Part shown: piece after piece, positions 60,974-64,000 of the stretch
How the letters are laid out: the number at the start of each line of letters is the position of its first letter
Numbering within the stretch: the stretch's first letter is position 1
NCBI GenBank assembly: GCA_965216785.1
Contig: OZ244197.1
Coordinates: 768,001 to 832,000 of the forward strand
Source of the DNA: Thermodesulfobacteriota bacterium
GTDB lineage: Bacteria; Desulfobacterota_D; UBA1144; Nemesobacterales; UBA2774
DNA length: 64,000 bases
Reading direction: 5' to 3'
The notes under the pieces: model-generated
Told to the model about the DNA's origin: nothing
What the model saw: the letters and a program-made list of their open reading frames with translations, nothing else
Databases searched by the model: none
Program-made: the position numbers and the translations under genes

Positions 60974-61909
60974 CTAAAAAAAGGATTTTTTTATCAGCCC
61001 CGGAAAAAACGGGGTCACTACTAAACGAATATTCCATTCCGAACTGAGCGTGTCGGGTTGCACGACACTGTAGCTGGCTTCAAGCTGAATTCTAAACGGT
61101 ACTTTCTTTAAATTAACTGTCTTTGCTACCCCAAGACCGATAGGCAGCGTGACTTCATCACCATCATCAGCCTTCCAGTCAATTAACACGTTCGGAGCCC
61201 CGGTCCCCACCTCCCAACCACCGTGAAGAAGACGCCAAAGATAGTACTGGATGTTTGCCTGACTGGTCTCAGATCTGTTATCCTTACCGCCAATTGACCA
61301 CCATTGCTGCGGGAAAATACCTGCTGACCATTTCTTGCCAAAATATCCGACAAATCCGGTAGGGCCTAACTGCCACTTCTGCTGTCCAAGATTTTCTTTA
61401 CTGGCTGTGGGGAGAATCCAAGTAGTTCCGACGGCCCACTTGAAACCCCCTAATGTTCTGGGCGTGAGCGCAGTAGCTATAGCCATATCCCCGAGCCCTG
61501 TTCTCCCTTTAAAACCTCCCCCTTCTTGTGCTATGGGCGTGCTGGCTACAAATGGAATGACGGAACGGATAACTAAAAACCACTTATCCTTTATCGGGAT
61601 GGGAATCACCGGCTGAACATTTAAGGTATTACTATGTCGGGTCTTATCCGACGGATCACCACTAAGGAAGGTAAAATCATTCCGTAACCCAATGCTCCAT
61701 ATCGGGGCCACTGGATTTGCGAGTCTCTCACCCACTTTCTCGGTTATCACTTTTCTTGTCGGTTTAGATAATGATAATTCTGGGATCGACGCCCCGTTCT
61801 GCTGAGACCCCTGGGCAAAAGATTTTAAGCAAAGTCCCGGTAGAGACGCAAGCGTAAAAAGGCATACAAAGATAGCTGGTAGCAAATCTAAAAAAATTTT
61901 GCTGGGCAT
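60974..61909 (-). CDS. Outer-membrane beta-barrel protein of unknown function ('neuromedin U'-type annotation family)
   Basis: LANPVA, NVQPVIP, GLGD, LPTAS...LG..KW.LGP and PIGLG motifs. Confidence 0.7.
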   Translation of the reverse strand: MPSKIFLDLLPAIFVCLFTLASLPGLCLKSFAQGSQQNGASIPELSLSKPTRKVITEKVGERLANPVAPIWSIGLRNDFTFLSGDPSDKTRHSNTLNVQPVIPIPIKDKWFLVIRSVIPFVASTPIAQEGGGFKGRTGLGDMAIATALTPRTLGGFKWAVGTTWILPTASKENLGQQKWQLGPTGFVGYFGKKWSAGIFPQQWWSIGGKDNRSETSQANIQYYLWRLLHGGWEVGTGAPNVLIDWKADDGDEVTLPIGLGVAKTVNLKKVPFRIQLEASYSVVQPDTLSSEWNIRLVVTPFFPGLIKKSFF

Positions 61910-62128
61910 TTAACTGTTATCCCTTTGGCCGGCACATCAGATATTTTGAGAAATCAGTAAAAAAACAAGCCTGTCAATAAACATACACGCAATAAATATT
62001 CATTAGCGAAACGAGGCCTATCCAGATTATGTTAACACTCAAAAATTAAAATCAAAAAGATGAAGCCCTCGGAATAGTGATATTAAAAACAAACTTAAAG
62101 CCTCTTTTCAGCCTTTGGCCCAAATAAC

Positions 62129-62167
62129 AAAAAACCGGCACATGAGCTGGTATCATGTGCCGGTTTT
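62129..62167 (-). terminator. Rho-independent terminator of the phosphate porin / candidate sRNA
   Basis: Perfect 15-bp inverted repeat AAAACCGGCACATGA/TCATGTGCCGGTTTT with a U-tract on the - strand. Confidence 0.85.
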
Positions 62168-62259
62168 AAATGTTTCGGAGCCAGAACAAAAAGGGAGATG
62201 ATTATAATTTAAGGAGAGATGATTAAATTATGTTTATTTCCTCTTGTCCGATTTGCATC
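62129..62259 (-). ncRNA. Candidate 3'UTR-derived regulatory sRNA
   Basis: Stem-loop with loop AUCAUCUCUCCU complementary to the start region of porin 58450, followed by a terminator. Confidence 0.5.
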
Positions 62260-63633
62260 CTAAAAATATGCCTGGAGCTGAGCCCTTACTACATTTGAGT
62301 CAATATCAGACTCGCCCTGTGTAAACTCCTGGCGCAGGAAAGAATATTGAAGCTGAACTTTCCATCTGTGATCCTTTGATATGTAATAGTTTATTCCAGG
62401 TGTGACAGCCCAAGTTGAATCCTGAACGCTCGTGTCAGCAGGTACTACGTTAGAGCCGGTATCGAAATCTACATAAGTAAACCTTCCGACAAACTCAACG
62501 GTTTTCGGCATTGCGAATACTCCGGCCTGTACGTTGAATCCTTGGTCATAAGCCGTACTCCCGCCGCCTTCTTCAGGATCTATCCACCTGCCGTAATAAG
62601 AACCCTGAACATTAAAGACAGGCATCTTGAAATTCACATCCCCCGTTATGGAGGTCAGATTCGCTTGCGTAACACCTAGCTCTTCAAATCTGTCCGTTAA
62701 AAGCGAATTGGGCGACTTTCTGTCTATATTTAACCCCGGTATACCGGCTGCGGCCAAACCGACAACAAAAGTGGGCTTTTTGGCAAAGTTTGGCACGATT
62801 TTATATGCTTTCGCCGTAGGGAATGTCGAACCAGGACTGAATTTAAAATCCTCTCCTCCCAAACCTAACTGAACCCTTCCCGCATATAAAAGGTTAGAAT
62901 CCGTGCTTCTCCCATTTCTACCGTCACCGTTAAACACACCGGCTGCATAGGAAAAATTATAATTTTGTCCAAGCCCGCCGTTCAGCGTTACTCCGCGGTC
63001 CCTGGCATATGTAAACTCCGCGTCCGCGATTGATCTGGTTACTAACTGAAGCGCTGATGATGAGTTCAAAGTTTCCCTGCTAAATGGAACCTTAAACTGC
63101 CCAACCCTTGGCATTATGTTTTTATTATACGCAACTGTAAAAAATAGGTCTCTCAATGTAACTGAGTCCCTTGCACCCAATTGGAGCGTATAGAGGAACC
63201 AAGGCTTAAAGGCGTGCCCGTTCCATTTCATCCTAACCCTGGCTACGCTAAAGTTAGTCGCAGTATTCTCACCGTCCGTGTCGTCTACAGAGACCTGGAA
63301 CTGTCCGCGTATCCTGAACTTCATCTTAAACATTCCGTCTGTCGTTGAGAATGTAAGCCCCTTATTATACTGCGCCTTAAACTTGTTGTACCAGGCGTCA
63401 TCGTCTTTCTCCACAATTTCCGCCATCTTCTCGCTGTCTGCAGCTCTCTGATTCTCCATTAACTCAATCTGCTGCTGCAGCTGTTGAATTTGCTGCTGAT
63501 TCTGGCGTTGAATCGCTTCTATCTGCTGCTTTAGCTCCTCGATCTGCTGCTTCGTAGACTGAGCCTTTGAATTAACAGCGCCAAAAGGCAATACGAGCAA
63601 AGTCAAGATAAGCATCTTTAATAGAAATTTCAT
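62260..63633 (-). CDS. Phosphate-selective porin O/P family protein with Gln-rich N-terminal coiled coil
   Basis: ARVRMK, GQFKVPFSRE, RDRG, AGVFNGDG, GINYY motifs and QAYF end; SD AAGGAGG before ATG 63633. Confidence 0.85.
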   Translation of the reverse strand: MKFLLKMLILTLLVLPFGAVNSKAQSTKQQIEELKQQIEAIQRQNQQQIQQLQQQIELMENQRAADSEKMAEIVEKDDDAWYNKFKAQYNKGLTFSTTDGMFKMKFRIRGQFQVSVDDTDGENTATNFSVARVRMKWNGHAFKPWFLYTLQLGARDSVTLRDLFFTVAYNKNIMPRVGQFKVPFSRETLNSSSALQLVTRSIADAEFTYARDRGVTLNGGLGQNYNFSYAAGVFNGDGRNGRSTDSNLLYAGRVQLGLGGEDFKFSPGSTFPTAKAYKIVPNFAKKPTFVVGLAAAGIPGLNIDRKSPNSLLTDRFEELGVTQANLTSITGDVNFKMPVFNVQGSYYGRWIDPEEGGGSTAYDQGFNVQAGVFAMPKTVEFVGRFTYVDFDTGSNVVPADTSVQDSTWAVTPGINYYISKDHRWKVQLQYSFLRQEFTQGESDIDSNVVRAQLQAYF

Positions 63634-63673
63634 CTCTGCACTTCCTCCTTTGTACAAATAGATTTTGGCCTAG

Positions 63674-63728
63674 AAGATATAGAAGTTGAGTTAAGTTAAT
63701 GTGAAATAAGTGTTAAGATTGCGTTAAG
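63674..63728 (-). promoter_or_regulatory. Pho-box-like 11-bp direct repeats plus -10 element
   Basis: - strand CTTAAC-gcaat-CTTAAC-actta-TTTCAC-attaa-CTTAAC, then N10, then TATCTT. Confidence 0.75.
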
Positions 63729-63814
63729 ACAAGCCGGGAGTTATTGCAACTGTAAACCTTTTATATACTCTATAAATAAAATTGCTTATAATAAACGGGA
63801 GTTAGGACTCTAGT

Positions 63815-64000
63815 ATGAGTGAAAAACTAATCACCATCGTGGATGATGAAGAAGATATAGTGGAGCTTGTAAGCCATCATTTAAAAAGAGAGGGCTTTAA
63901 AGTAAAGGAGTTCCACAACGGAAGGGATTTTCTTTCCTACGTAGAATCGGTAGTGCCCGATCTTGCGGTACTCGACATAATGCTTCCCGGGATAGACGGG
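63815..64000 (+). CDS. Response regulator receiver domain (PhoB/OmpR-like), partial
   Basis: Manual translation MSEKLITIVDDEEDIVELV...PDLAVLDIMLPGIDG; divergent from the phosphate porin. Confidence 0.85.
   Translation, partial: MSEKLITIVDDEEDIVELVSHHLKREGFKVKEFHNGRDFLSYVESVVPDLAVLDIMLPGIDG

Noticed and set aside
62219-62263. 14-codon + strand ORF (MIKLCLFPLVRFAS) after AAGGAGAG
   Set aside because: SD-ATG spacing is only ~2 nt and it is antisense to the porin 3' end; better explained as the complement of an anti-RBS loop.
63470-63555. CTG/CAG-rich repeat tract
   Set aside because: Simply encodes the Gln-rich coiled coil of the porin; not a CRISPR or contingency repeat.

Overview
Core-genome-like window from a diderm (Gram-negative) bacterium. 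Gene order and content are deltaproteobacteria-like (Ca. Dadabacteria is my guess, by inference only). No prophage, IS or CRISPR was seen. It holds about 55 CDSs: the maf-yggS-proC-yggT-yggU cluster, F420-related enzymes (NpdG and two LLM oxidoreductases), a sugar porter plus OprB, a cobalamin-riboswitch-led B12 uptake operon, fabH, aroA-cmk-rpsA-sppA, lipA, apgM, mazG, an inverted-order AccA-AccD fusion, a glycosylation locus, a lone nuoI, a murQ-anmK-nagZ-SSS cell-wall sugar salvage cluster, tRNA-Gly(CCC), mlaD, purH, and a porin-rich Pho-regulon region. The most notable observation is in the 3' UTR of a Pho-box-preceded phosphate porin gene (62129-62259, - strand). It can fold into a stem-loop whose C/U-rich loop is antisense (17 of 18 nt) to the start region of the neighbouring putative major porin, which suggests an undescribed 3'UTR-sRNA porin switch. 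All calls come from reading the sequence by eye; no searches or folding programs were run.
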